A DNA stretch of 64,000 bases from an uncultured Halanaerobiales bacterium (GCA_964568715.1 CAZMQU010000001.1:23932-87931); one strand, 5' to 3'; positions 49,478 to 57,906 are shown, counted from the first letter of the stretch. The notes: generated by a model from the sequence alone, not told the origin. A program made the numbers and translations.

Positions 49478-49889
49478 GTCTAAATTAAGGGAGAAACCCC
49501 GCATAGATATAATTTCCATGATCGATGTGATATTTTTTCTCTTGGTATTTTTCATGTTGTTTACTACCTTCAAAACCACCCCGTACGGACTGGAAATTAA
49601 GTTGCCTCAATCTACAACGGCTGCTAAAAATGAAGATCAAAGTATCAGTATAAACATAGACAAAAACGGCAGCTTTATATTTGAAGATAAGTTGGTTTCG
49701 GAATCGGAACTTTTGGCAAGCATTAAGAAAAAACAAAGTTCGGTTCCTCATGTAGTTGCCATCATCAATGCCGATAAGGATACCCCGTACAGCTATGTGG
49801 TAAAAGCCATAGACATTATAAGGGAAGGCGGGGTATTTAGAATTACTTTTGGCGTAGAACCCAAAAGGAGTCCTGCCCATGGCCCATAA
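49467..49889 (+). CDS. exbD: ExbD/TolR protein
   Basis: SMIDVIFFLLVFFML TM with conserved Asp, INADKDTPYSYVVKAID. Confidence 0.9.
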   Translation: MEFKSKLREKPRIDIISMIDVIFFLLVFFMLFTTFKTTPYGLEIKLPQSTTAAKNEDQSISINIDKNGSFIFEDKLVSESELLASIKKKQSSVPHVVAIINADKDTPYSYVVKAIDIIREGGVFRITFGVEPKRSPAHGP

Positions 49890-50832
49890 AAGTTTTGACT
49901 TAAAAACCTTTATTGTTATATCGGTGATTTTTCATATTTTTATATTTGTTTTTTTTCCTATGTCAGTTTTCTTTTGGAAAGGTTCATCCCTACCTGAAGA
50001 GCCTGAACAATTAACTTTTTATCTGGTTGATTATTATGATTTTATTGAAATCGCCCAAGAAGGGGAGGACCGGGAGGAGTCGGAGCTGGAAACTGTTGCC
50101 GAGTTGGACGGTAATTATGAAGATTTATCTATCGAACTGGAGGAAGAACCGGTCAACGAGGTTCAGCCTTCGGCAGAAATTGTTGATGAACCGCAAAGCT
50201 TAGCCGAGGAGTCGGTCCAAGAAATAAATGATGAAGTAAGCACGGAAGAAGCTAATGCAAATGATCCTTTAATTACCGATGCAACAGCGATTTCTCCTGC
50301 GGAAGATGCGGTAGTTTTCGTAGATACCGGAGAAAACCAGATTATTGACAGCGATTTAAGCGATGAATTCATTGATTTACCGGCTTTAACCGTTCCCGGC
50401 GTCGAGGATATTTTGGAAGCTTTTGCCGAAGAATCTTTACCGGAACCCCATGAAGAAGATATCCTCCCAAAGGAAAAGGAAGAAGCAGCAACGGAATATC
50501 AAAACATGGAACCGGAGTTGCCCGGTGAACCGTCTTTGATGGTCTTGCAAAGGGTAACGCCGGTTTATCCAAAAGATGCAGCCAATGAAGGGATTGAAGG
50601 TAAGGTTGAATTCTATATCAACGTCTCTGAGAGCGGCCACATCGATAATATAGTAAAATTGACTTCATCGGGTGATCAGCGAATAGATAATGTGGCCGAA
50701 AGGACCGTCTTGCACGGTTGGCAATTCTTGGAGATGCCCAAAGCCTATACCATTCATTTGGAAATTATTTTTTCAGTTCAGCAGGTCTACCTTAATTTCG
50801 TTGACATCTTTTTTACAGGAGATGGTTTGTAA
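49879..50832 (+). CDS. tonB: TonB-family energy transducer
   Basis: TM with SxxxH (SVIFH), long acidic linker, TonB_C-like PVYPKDAANEGIEGKV...SSGDQRID. Confidence 0.85.
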   Translation: MAHKSFDLKTFIVISVIFHIFIFVFFPMSVFFWKGSSLPEEPEQLTFYLVDYYDFIEIAQEGEDREESELETVAELDGNYEDLSIELEEEPVNEVQPSAEIVDEPQSLAEESVQEINDEVSTEEANANDPLITDATAISPAEDAVVFVDTGENQIIDSDLSDEFIDLPALTVPGVEDILEAFAEESLPEPHEEDILPKEKEEAATEYQNMEPELPGEPSLMVLQRVTPVYPKDAANEGIEGKVEFYINVSESGHIDNIVKLTSSGDQRIDNVAERTVLHGWQFLEMPKAYTIHLEIIFSVQQVYLNFVDIFFTGDGL

Positions 50833-52835
50833 TGAATCGACCTCGTTATATTTTTGTAGGAATCTTGTTTTTACTTTTGGTTGGCCGACCGGCCAATGCA
50901 CAAGAAAAATACTATACCGATTATCAAGGCAATTTACGGATTGAAAATGATTATATTGCAATCTTCGTTAACCAAGGAGGAACAAACCTTGGTCGTTTTG
51001 CCCTTGATGTTACCGGAGGTAATCCTTTGATACCCGGTGACAGTAATAAGCCGCTTATCTATGGGCATCCCCAGCCTTGGAGCTCTTTTACGACCATCCG
51101 CATTGATGGTGAAGATTACATATTTGGCGGGGCCACTAATAAAAGAGCCGGGCGGGAAGGTAAATACGGTAAAATATTGATACCACCCCAGATAGTCGGC
51201 GGGGAAAAAATTGTCACAAAGGTTTCTTGCGGCGATATCGAAGTATTACAAGATCTTTCCTTTATGACCAGTACTACAACCGGTTTTCCTGATACGGCTA
51301 AAATTAAATATACGGTTACAAATGTTGGTAATGCCAGCTCTACGGTGGGCTTGCGAATTATGCTCGATACGATGTTGGGTGCTAATGACGGCGCACCTTT
51401 TCGGGTTTTCGATGAGGTCGTGACTACAGATACGGTTTTAATTCGTTCTGAAATACCTGATTTCTGGCAAGCTTTTGATTCTTTGAGCAATCCAATGGTG
51501 ATGGCCCAAGGCGGCCTGAAAGAAGACGGCTTGACACCGCCCGATAAGATTTACTTTACCAACTGGGGAAGTCTGGCCGACGGTATCTGGGATTTTAACT
51601 TTAGGCCGGGCCAGGAATTCGTCAGGGAAGGGGAGTTTGAACTCGATAGTGCCATTGCTCTTTTTTGGGCACCGGAAGTATTAAAACCGGGTGAAAGTAA
51701 AACTTTTGTTACCAGCTATGGACTGGGCGGCATTACTATTGTACCGGGGCTTTTGGCCTTGGGGGTTACATCACCTGCAACGGTTGTTTTTGATGAGATT
51801 CGGTCTTCTTTTCCTATTGTAGCCTATATTGAAAACACATCGAAGGTGGTAGCAAAGGATGTTCAAGTGGCTTTGAATTTGCCCGGCCAATTTACAGTAG
51901 GTAATCAAACAGCGGCGAAAAAATTCATCGGAGATTTGCAACCGGCGGAAAGCGTGCAAATGGCTTGGCAAGTATATCCCCGGCAAGCTGATGCTTGCCC
52001 GGAAAGTATAACCTATGAGGTCCTGATCGAAGCCGGTAATACTGACAGCAATTTGGCCAAGAGAAAGGTTATGTTTACTTCACCACCTCAGTTGTCCATA
52101 GATTTGACAGGACCGCAAAGCCTCGATCTGAAAGGTTATTTGCTCCAACCTAATCCTTTTGACGTAGTCGGAACGATCAAAAATATCGGTGGAGCACCTT
52201 CCTATAATAGCAGTGCCCGATTAGTACTTCCGCCCGGCTTGTCTACGGCATTCAATGACCTTTCTTCAGTATCTTTGGGAACTGTGGAACCCGGTGAAGA
52301 GATAACAATTCAATGGAAAATACAAGCATTGGGTATTGATGGCGACATTCCCTACGGTATGGAGGTTTATTCCCTAAATGCGCCGACCGGCAATTCTCTG
52401 CAGACCGTTTTTATACCGATCGTCGATGAAAAGATTTATATGAGAACAGTTAAAGAGACAATTAAAGAGGGGGATATATTTTCCGTCGATATAATACTGG
52501 CTAATGTTCAAGACTTTGCTGATTTCAGTTTGGATATTAATTATTTGCCTAAATATGCCGATCCCTTATTTGTTTCCCGAGGGGGTATTTTTATCCAAGA
52601 GAGCGAGCTGTTGCCCTTTAGTTTCCCTCTAATTGATAAAAACAGGCATAAAATTACCAATATCGGCGGGACGGTACCCAATGGACAGGTAAGTTCCGGA
52701 GTTCTTGCCCGCATCCATTTTTATGCTCGTGAAAAGGGAAACTTCAGGTTACAAATTGATAATTTGCAAATCCGTGATATTAAGGGCAAGGAATTGAAAA
52801 TTTTAACGGAAGACTTGTTAATTAAAATCGAATAA
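50832..52835 (+). CDS. Exported multidomain beta-sandwich protein with CARDB/Ig-like and C-terminal cohesin-like domains
   Basis: Signal peptide; GDLQPAESVQMAW and GTVEPGEEITIQW Ig-like repeats; C-terminal GDIFSVDI...GVLARIHF cohesin-like pattern. Confidence 0.65.
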   Translation: MNRPRYIFVGILFLLLVGRPANAQEKYYTDYQGNLRIENDYIAIFVNQGGTNLGRFALDVTGGNPLIPGDSNKPLIYGHPQPWSSFTTIRIDGEDYIFGGATNKRAGREGKYGKILIPPQIVGGEKIVTKVSCGDIEVLQDLSFMTSTTTGFPDTAKIKYTVTNVGNASSTVGLRIMLDTMLGANDGAPFRVFDEVVTTDTVLIRSEIPDFWQAFDSLSNPMVMAQGGLKEDGLTPPDKIYFTNWGSLADGIWDFNFRPGQEFVREGEFELDSAIALFWAPEVLKPGESKTFVTSYGLGGITIVPGLLALGVTSPATVVFDEIRSSFPIVAYIENTSKVVAKDVQVALNLPGQFTVGNQTAAKKFIGDLQPAESVQMAWQVYPRQADACPESITYEVLIEAGNTDSNLAKRKVMFTSPPQLSIDLTGPQSLDLKGYLLQPNPFDVVGTIKNIGGAPSYNSSARLVLPPGLSTAFNDLSSVSLGTVEPGEEITIQWKIQALGIDGDIPYGMEVYSLNAPTGNSLQTVFIPIVDEKIYMRTVKETIKEGDIFSVDIILANVQDFADFSLDINYLPKYADPLFVSRGGIFIQESELLPFSFPLIDKNRHKITNIGGTVPNGQVSSGVLARIHFYAREKGNFRLQIDNLQIRDIKGKELKILTEDLLIKIE

Positions 52836-52848
52836 AGGAGGTAAGTCG

Positions 52849-53556
52849 ATGAAAAAAATACTTGTATTTTCTTTAATAGTGAGTCTCAGCCTTATGGCAC
52901 CATTAACTGTAAAGGCACAACAGATAAAAGATATTCCGCCGGACCATTGGGCCTATAAAATTGTTGCCGAATTAATCGATCGCGGCTTTTTATCGCTATA
53001 TGACGATGGGAGTTTTTTGGGGCAAAAAGAAGTAACCCGCTTTCAACTGGCTGAAGCCCTGGCCCACATATTGGTCTATCTGGAATCGGCTGAGGTTGGG
53101 TTGACGGGCCATGATATTCAGAATATCCGATTGCTGACAGTGGAATTTCGTAAAGAGCTGGTCGATATGGCGGAAGATATAGAAGGTTTCCGCAAAAGGA
53201 TTGTTGATTTGGAAAATTACACGGTCATCAATTACGAAGATATGGGTCATGTATACAAAAAGATGGACACCATTGAGATGGCCATCAGTGAAATTATCAA
53301 TGAAATTGTTCTATTATATGCCCTCCAAAAACAAGTTGATCAATTGACCGGTGACCTAGAAAAAAACGAACAGGATTTGAGTTATTTAAAGACTACCGTA
53401 AATTCCGGACGAGAAAATCTTGAAGAAATTTCAACCACTTTGGAAAATGCCCAAAAGGAGCTGGCCCGTTTAGGAAAAGATAACCGCAACATGAAACTTT
53501 ATATAGGCGGCTTGGCCGGTGTGATGGTTGTTATTATCATCTTATCTCTGAAATAG
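52849..53556 (+). CDS. SLH-domain, coiled-coil, C-terminally anchored envelope protein
   Basis: Signal peptide, KDIPPDHWAY...GSFLGQKEVTRFQLA SLH, heptad region, C-terminal hydrophobic helix. Confidence 0.85.
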   Translation: MKKILVFSLIVSLSLMAPLTVKAQQIKDIPPDHWAYKIVAELIDRGFLSLYDDGSFLGQKEVTRFQLAEALAHILVYLESAEVGLTGHDIQNIRLLTVEFRKELVDMAEDIEGFRKRIVDLENYTVINYEDMGHVYKKMDTIEMAISEIINEIVLLYALQKQVDQLTGDLEKNEQDLSYLKTTVNSGRENLEEISTTLENAQKELARLGKDNRNMKLYIGGLAGVMVVIIILSLK

Positions 53557-53567
53557 GAGAGTGGAGA

Positions 53568-54029
53568 ATGGAAAATACTTTTGTGTTGTTGAAGCCAGAT
53601 AGCGTCCAAAGGGGTATGGTTGGCCGGATAATCAGCAAATTGGAAGGAAAGGGTTTTAAAATAGTCGCCGGCAAATTTCTCTTATTAACCCCCGAGTTGG
53701 TGAGGAAACTTTATTCCCATCATACCGATAAACCTTTTTTTAATCGTTTGGCTAATTTTATGACTGCCGGTCCGGTCTTCGCTTTTGTCTTCAGCGGGGA
53801 AAACGCTGTCAAAGAAATGAGAAGAGTTTGCGGTGCGACGGATCCGACCGAAGCAGCAATTGGTACTGTTAGGGGCGATTGGGCTTTATCGGTAGGTTGC
53901 AATCTGATCCACTGCTCCGATTCAGCAGGCTCGGCTCAAAGGGAAATATCTTTGTTTTTCCAGCCGGATGAACTTGTTTCTTATGAAAAGGATTTGACAA
54001 ATTGGTTACGGGAGGATTGCTGGCAATGA
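53568..54029 (+). CDS. ndk: Nucleoside-diphosphate kinase
   Basis: TFVLLKPDSVQR, GTVRGD, NLIHCSDS. Confidence 0.95.
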   Translation: MENTFVLLKPDSVQRGMVGRIISKLEGKGFKIVAGKFLLLTPELVRKLYSHHTDKPFFNRLANFMTAGPVFAFVFSGENAVKEMRRVCGATDPTEAAIGTVRGDWALSVGCNLIHCSDSAGSAQREISLFFQPDELVSYEKDLTNWLREDCWQ

Positions 54030-54625
54030 AATTCAAAGGTGGATATCTAACGGTACCAGTAGTATTTTTAGTCGCCGTTTTATTTTCATACCAAGTCATG
54101 TTGCCTACTGTTTGTTATGCCGCCGCAGCAAGTGAGGATAGAGATACTCTAATTAAGGGTGCCTCCGTTGCTATACTCGTTTTTATAATTGCCCGAATCG
54201 GTAAGAGCTTTTTGTCCTCATCTAAAACTCTTGATGGACTATTACCCTCTAAGGGCCGTAATTACCCGGATACGGACTTGGACTGGTTGGCCCATATAAT
54301 TTACAGCGAAGCACGGGGCGAACCCCTGGAAGGGCAAATTGCCGTCGGTGCGGTAGTTTTAAACCGAATGAGGGATTCCCGTTTTCCTAATACCATACGG
54401 GAAATTATTTTAGCTGAAAATCAATTTACAGCCGTTGAAGACGGTCAATTTTTCTTGACTCCCAATGAAGCGGCCTACAAGGCGGCACAAAGGGCTTTGG
54501 CCGGCGAAGATCCTACCGGTGGGGCTTTGTACTTTTATAATCCCGCCAAGGCGCGAAATTTAAAATGGTTTCAAAGTTTGACTATGTTGATTACCATCGG
54601 TAACCATGTCTTCCTCATTGACTGA
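54026..54625 (+). CDS. SleB/CwlJ-type cell wall hydrolase (Hydrolase_2)
   Basis: IYSEARGEPLEGQIAVGAVVLNR, FPNTI, QFTAV, DPTGGALYFYNP, IGNHVF. Confidence 0.92.
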   Translation: MKFKGGYLTVPVVFLVAVLFSYQVMLPTVCYAAAASEDRDTLIKGASVAILVFIIARIGKSFLSSSKTLDGLLPSKGRNYPDTDLDWLAHIIYSEARGEPLEGQIAVGAVVLNRMRDSRFPNTIREIILAENQFTAVEDGQFFLTPNEAAYKAAQRALAGEDPTGGALYFYNPAKARNLKWFQSLTMLITIGNHVFLID

Positions 54626-54784
54626 CTGAAGCTGAAAATTACTCGACTCATTATCATAGTTGGCAATAATAATCCGAGTTGCTTTTCTATTGGATAAACG
54701 AATTCGACCCCCGGAGGCGGGTGTACCGGATCCATCGCCGACATGAATGTAGGTTATGGGTGTGTTGCGCCTGTCAATTGGCAT
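54560..54784 (-). CDS. Small hypothetical protein (74 aa) overlapping the hydrolase 3' end
   Basis: AAGGAGGT five nt before ATG on the minus strand. Confidence 0.5.
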   Translation of the reverse strand: MPIDRRNTPITYIHVGDGSGTPASGGRIRLSNRKATRIIIANYDNESSNFQLQSVNEEDMVTDGNQHSQTLKPF

Positions 54785-54829
54785 TTAAATACCTCCTTCA
54801 ATGAATACTATTTCTAATATTTTAAAATC

Positions 54830-54862
54830 AAGGCCGTTTAAGGTTTTAACGGCTTTTTTTTT
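54830..54862 (+). terminator. Intrinsic terminator on + strand
   Basis: GCCGTTTA/TAACGGC stem followed by 9 T. Confidence 0.7.
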
Positions 54863-54920
54863 GATCAATTTGCTTTAATTATCCGGCGGGGAAAAATAAA
54901 GCCGACAACCTGATAAAGAC

Positions 54921-55904
54921 TTAGCGAATCAAATGCCAGCGTTGTTCGTGCATGTTGATATTGAACTTGCCTTTGTTGTTTTTGTGAATATTGCCTTTGA
55001 AAACAAAGGCGTCCAAATATGCTTTCGACTCAATTAACCCCCCATATACCTCAAAATCGCTTTCCGTTGTCATGCCGGGCAAATAGTCAGCTGCATTGAA
55101 AGGTTCCAACAGTTTAAGTTCTTTTTCATATTCACAGTATAGTTGCCACATTAACATTTCCAAATTATTATCGGGAAACAATACATTAAGGCCGATTTTA
55201 TTGCTGGCTTCCCGGCGGGGTATCATATAGTTGTGAGCATACAGTCTTTGGGTCAAATAATCGATTATGTCCGGAATCCGCTCTTTATCGCTATTGGCAT
55301 AATGCAATTCCAACAAACGGCGGGCCAGAAATCTAATCAAAGAATAATTGCGGTGAACATTACCCAAGGCCAAAGGGTGCACTTTTTCTGTCAAAAAGGA
55401 AAAAATGCTGATCAAGTGTTGAGGATCGGTGAGATGGGCTCGTTCGATGGCTAACTCGATAAATGATACGACATCTTCGACGCTTACGGGTACCTTGGCA
55501 TGAGGATTGTTGGGGTCATCGGGGTTGAAGGCATTGGCAACGCTAGGGTCAATCGGTCCTAATTCTCCCATCTTACCCATAACGATCTCATTGGCCCCCA
55601 AACAAATTAAAGTGCCGGCGCTGTAAGCCCGGAAGGGTATTAATACAGAAAAGTTAGCGGTATATTCTCGGATCAGATTGACCAAACGCCAAGGGGTTAG
55701 GACATCGCCACCGCGGGTATATAGAAATAGGTCGATTTTCTTCTGTAAACCAAATTGTTCCAAATGACGGAAAAAGATTCTGATAATGTCGGGAGCTACC
55801 CTTGTACTTACATTTTCCCGGTCACCGGTAATGTAGCAAATTACAGACGAATCTCTGATATTTTCAATTTCAGCCAATAAATCCAATCTTTTTTGGCGGT
55901 TCAT
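54921..55904 (-). CDS. SDH/ClpP-fold serine protease (S49-like)
   Basis: IDLFLYTRGG, AYSAGTLICLGA, ELGPIDP, LYAHNYMI; RBS AAGGAG. Confidence 0.85.
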   Translation of the reverse strand: MNRQKRLDLLAEIENIRDSSVICYITGDRENVSTRVAPDIIRIFFRHLEQFGLQKKIDLFLYTRGGDVLTPWRLVNLIREYTANFSVLIPFRAYSAGTLICLGANEIVMGKMGELGPIDPSVANAFNPDDPNNPHAKVPVSVEDVVSFIELAIERAHLTDPQHLISIFSFLTEKVHPLALGNVHRNYSLIRFLARRLLELHYANSDKERIPDIIDYLTQRLYAHNYMIPRREASNKIGLNVLFPDNNLEMLMWQLYCEYEKELKLLEPFNAADYLPGMTTESDFEVYGGLIESKAYLDAFVFKGNIHKNNKGKFNINMHEQRWHLIR

Positions 55905-55961
55905 AGCAGCACTCCTTATTTGTTCTGTTAATAGTATTCACCTTCTGAAATAAAAAAAACT

Positions 55962-55991
55962 GAATAATAATAATATTTTGCAGGAATAATA
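55962..55991 (+). promoter_or_regulatory. Candidate sigma-G promoter for the sHsp genes
   Basis: GAATA-N18-AATAATA vs consensus GHATA-N17/18-CATAHTA; AT-rich context lowers specificity. Confidence 0.4.
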
Positions 55992-56002
55992 AACAATGTA
56001 AC

Positions 56003-56780
56003 GGAGGGAGCAATTAAGCGGATATTTGAAAATAACAATCAAGTAAAAATACAAGGAGGAAATTCATGATGTACGCTTCAGGATTTAGTCATACACCATC
56101 TTCTTTAAGTCCTATTTACACCACTCCCCACACTACACATTCCGGACGGGGCATCTCCTATGGATATCCGATTGCTTCTAGCATTTCGCCGGGCTCTTGG
56201 TCAAGCCATCCCAGCTTGCATAGCGGATTGCATAGTGGACTTCATAGCGGTTTGAGTAGTCATAGCTATTCACCCTATGCCCACGGAGTACAGAATTTTG
56301 TCGACCCCTTCAGAACTGCAACAACCTACGGCTTTAATCCGATGGGATGGTCCCATGGTCACTTCAGCACCATGTCAACAAGCCCCATATCGTCACATTC
56401 ACCCTATTCAACAACCAGCGGTTGGAGCGGTAGCGCATTTTCATCTTCGGGTCTGACACAGCCGCGGGTGGATATTGCAGAAACCAACAATGAAATTGTT
56501 GTAACCGCTGAATTGCCAAATATTAATTCCGACGATCTGTATCTGACAGTTACCGACGATTCTTTGAGCATTTCATGCAACTCTTTCGCCGGAGGCGGCC
56601 ATACCAGCATTCACAGAACCGTTGCACTGCCTACCAGCGTTCGCTCTGAAAGAACAGAAGCTTCCTATACCAACGGTATTTTGGAAGCCCGTTTGCCCAA
56701 ATCCGATGTAACCACCAGACGACGTATCAGAGTTAGCCCAACGGTTAGCGGCTAAATTCGTTTAATTAATTGCTCCCTCC
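56003..56780. repeat. Perfect 15-bp inverted repeat flanking first sHsp gene
   Basis: GGAGGGAGCAATTAA at 56003-56017 and TTAATTGCTCCCTCC at 56766-56780. Confidence 0.9.
56066..56755 (+). CDS. Hsp20/alpha-crystallin protein with S/G/H/Y-rich low-complexity N-terminus
   Basis: PRVDIAETNNEIVVTAELPN...ASYTNGILEARLPK; about 130-aa low-complexity leader with LHSG x3. Confidence 0.88.
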   Translation: MMYASGFSHTPSSLSPIYTTPHTTHSGRGISYGYPIASSISPGSWSSHPSLHSGLHSGLHSGLSSHSYSPYAHGVQNFVDPFRTATTYGFNPMGWSHGHFSTMSTSPISSHSPYSTTSGWSGSAFSSSGLTQPRVDIAETNNEIVVTAELPNINSDDLYLTVTDDSLSISCNSFAGGGHTSIHRTVALPTSVRSERTEASYTNGILEARLPKSDVTTRRRIRVSPTVSG

Positions 56781-56805
56781 CAAATTTATTTAAGGAGAAT
56801 CAGCT

Positions 56806-57432
56806 ATGTATCAAAACCAACCCCATCAACAAAGGTCCCAATTCCGCTCTGAAAATTCATCGCAAGAAATTCAGCAAACCCATTCTCAGCAAGAACTACA
56901 GTCACAACAAAATAATTCCCAATATCAATCACAGAAAATGCATTCTCAAGATGAATCGCACCAAGCCCATTCTCAGCAAGAATCCCAATCGCAACAAATC
57001 CATTCTCCCCAGCAAGCTCAACAACCCCAAGCCGGGCAAATGCATTCTCAACAACATCACCGGCAGGCCCAACATTATTCACCGAATCATTCTCAACATA
57101 CAATAAAGGCTACGAACCTTAGTATGCCGCAATACATTCCTTTCATGGACGTTGTAGAATCAAATCAAGATGTCAGATATCTATTTGCTTTGCCTGGTTT
57201 ACGCCCCGAACAGGTGGAAGTTTGTATAACCGACAATTATTTGCAGGTTCAAGCCCACATGCCTCCAAAAGGTGATGACTCCTGTTACCTGCACAAAGAA
57301 ATCTTGGAAGGCAACTTTACCAGGGAGGCAATGATACCACCTTATATCAATTCCAGTAACCCGAACATCAATTTCCAGGACGGCATCTTAACCGTGGCTT
57401 TTAACAAAACTGCCAACCAGTGTATACCCTAA
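56806..57432 (+). CDS. Hsp20/alpha-crystallin protein with Q/H/S-rich repetitive N-terminus
   Basis: PFMDVVE...LPGLRPEQVEV...GNFTRE...FQDGILTVAFNK; HSQQE-type repeats. Confidence 0.85.
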   Translation: MYQNQPHQQRSQFRSENSSQEIQQTHSQQELQSQQNNSQYQSQKMHSQDESHQAHSQQESQSQQIHSPQQAQQPQAGQMHSQQHHRQAQHYSPNHSQHTIKATNLSMPQYIPFMDVVESNQDVRYLFALPGLRPEQVEVCITDNYLQVQAHMPPKGDDSCYLHKEILEGNFTREAMIPPYINSSNPNINFQDGILTVAFNKTANQCIP

Positions 57433-57462
57433 AAAAGAGGCAGTGGCATTTAATTCAAAAGT

Positions 57463-57491
57463 TTGATTTATCAAAAAATGTTTATTATAAT
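57463..57491 (+). promoter_or_regulatory. sigma-A promoter ahead of long leader
   Basis: TTGATT-N17-TATAAT. Confidence 0.6.
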
Positions 57492-57635
57492 TAGGTAAGC
57501 ACAAATAAAGGGAAAAGATGTAGATAATAAGATGCAAGCATTGCTCAGCGATAAAGAAGATTTAAGGCGCTTCTGTCGTGAAAAGAGGGCAGGAACTACT
57601 GACTTTATCCCGGTAATTTCAGTATGTCCGGCTGG

Positions 57636-57782
57636 GAGTATCCCTAGAAAGCGGGGGAGAAGTTATGTTTGGCAACAAAGTTGCTGAAATATTTCAGAGT
57701 ATTCCCGGCAAGCGGGGGAGAAGTGCATAAGGGTAATAAGGTCAGAAAATTCACCCGGCAAGTAAGAGAGCGAAGGAGAAGC
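57636..57782 (+). repeat. Degenerate direct repeat, 28 nt, period 61
   Basis: GAGTATCCCTAGAAAGCGGGGGAGAAGT (57636-57663) and GAGTATTCCCGGCAAGCGGGGGAGAAGT (57697-57724), 24/28 identical; weaker third copy around 57750-57782. Confidence 0.7.
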
Positions 57783-57906
57783 AATCTTCAAAACCGGTAT
57801 AAATGAGTCCCGCTTATTTAATCAACCTGCTCCTAAAAAGAGGACAAGACGATTTTTGTTTTCGCCATAACTGTTGTAAGTGGCTTGATTGAAAGGAAGG
57901 TAATTT

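Noticed and set aside
57530-57900. T-box, glycine or c-di-AMP riboswitch
   Set aside because: No GGTGGnACCGCG T-box; only short fragments (CGAAGGAG, AGCGGGGGA) resemble the other aptamers; not called as a CRISPR feature because only two good copies exist
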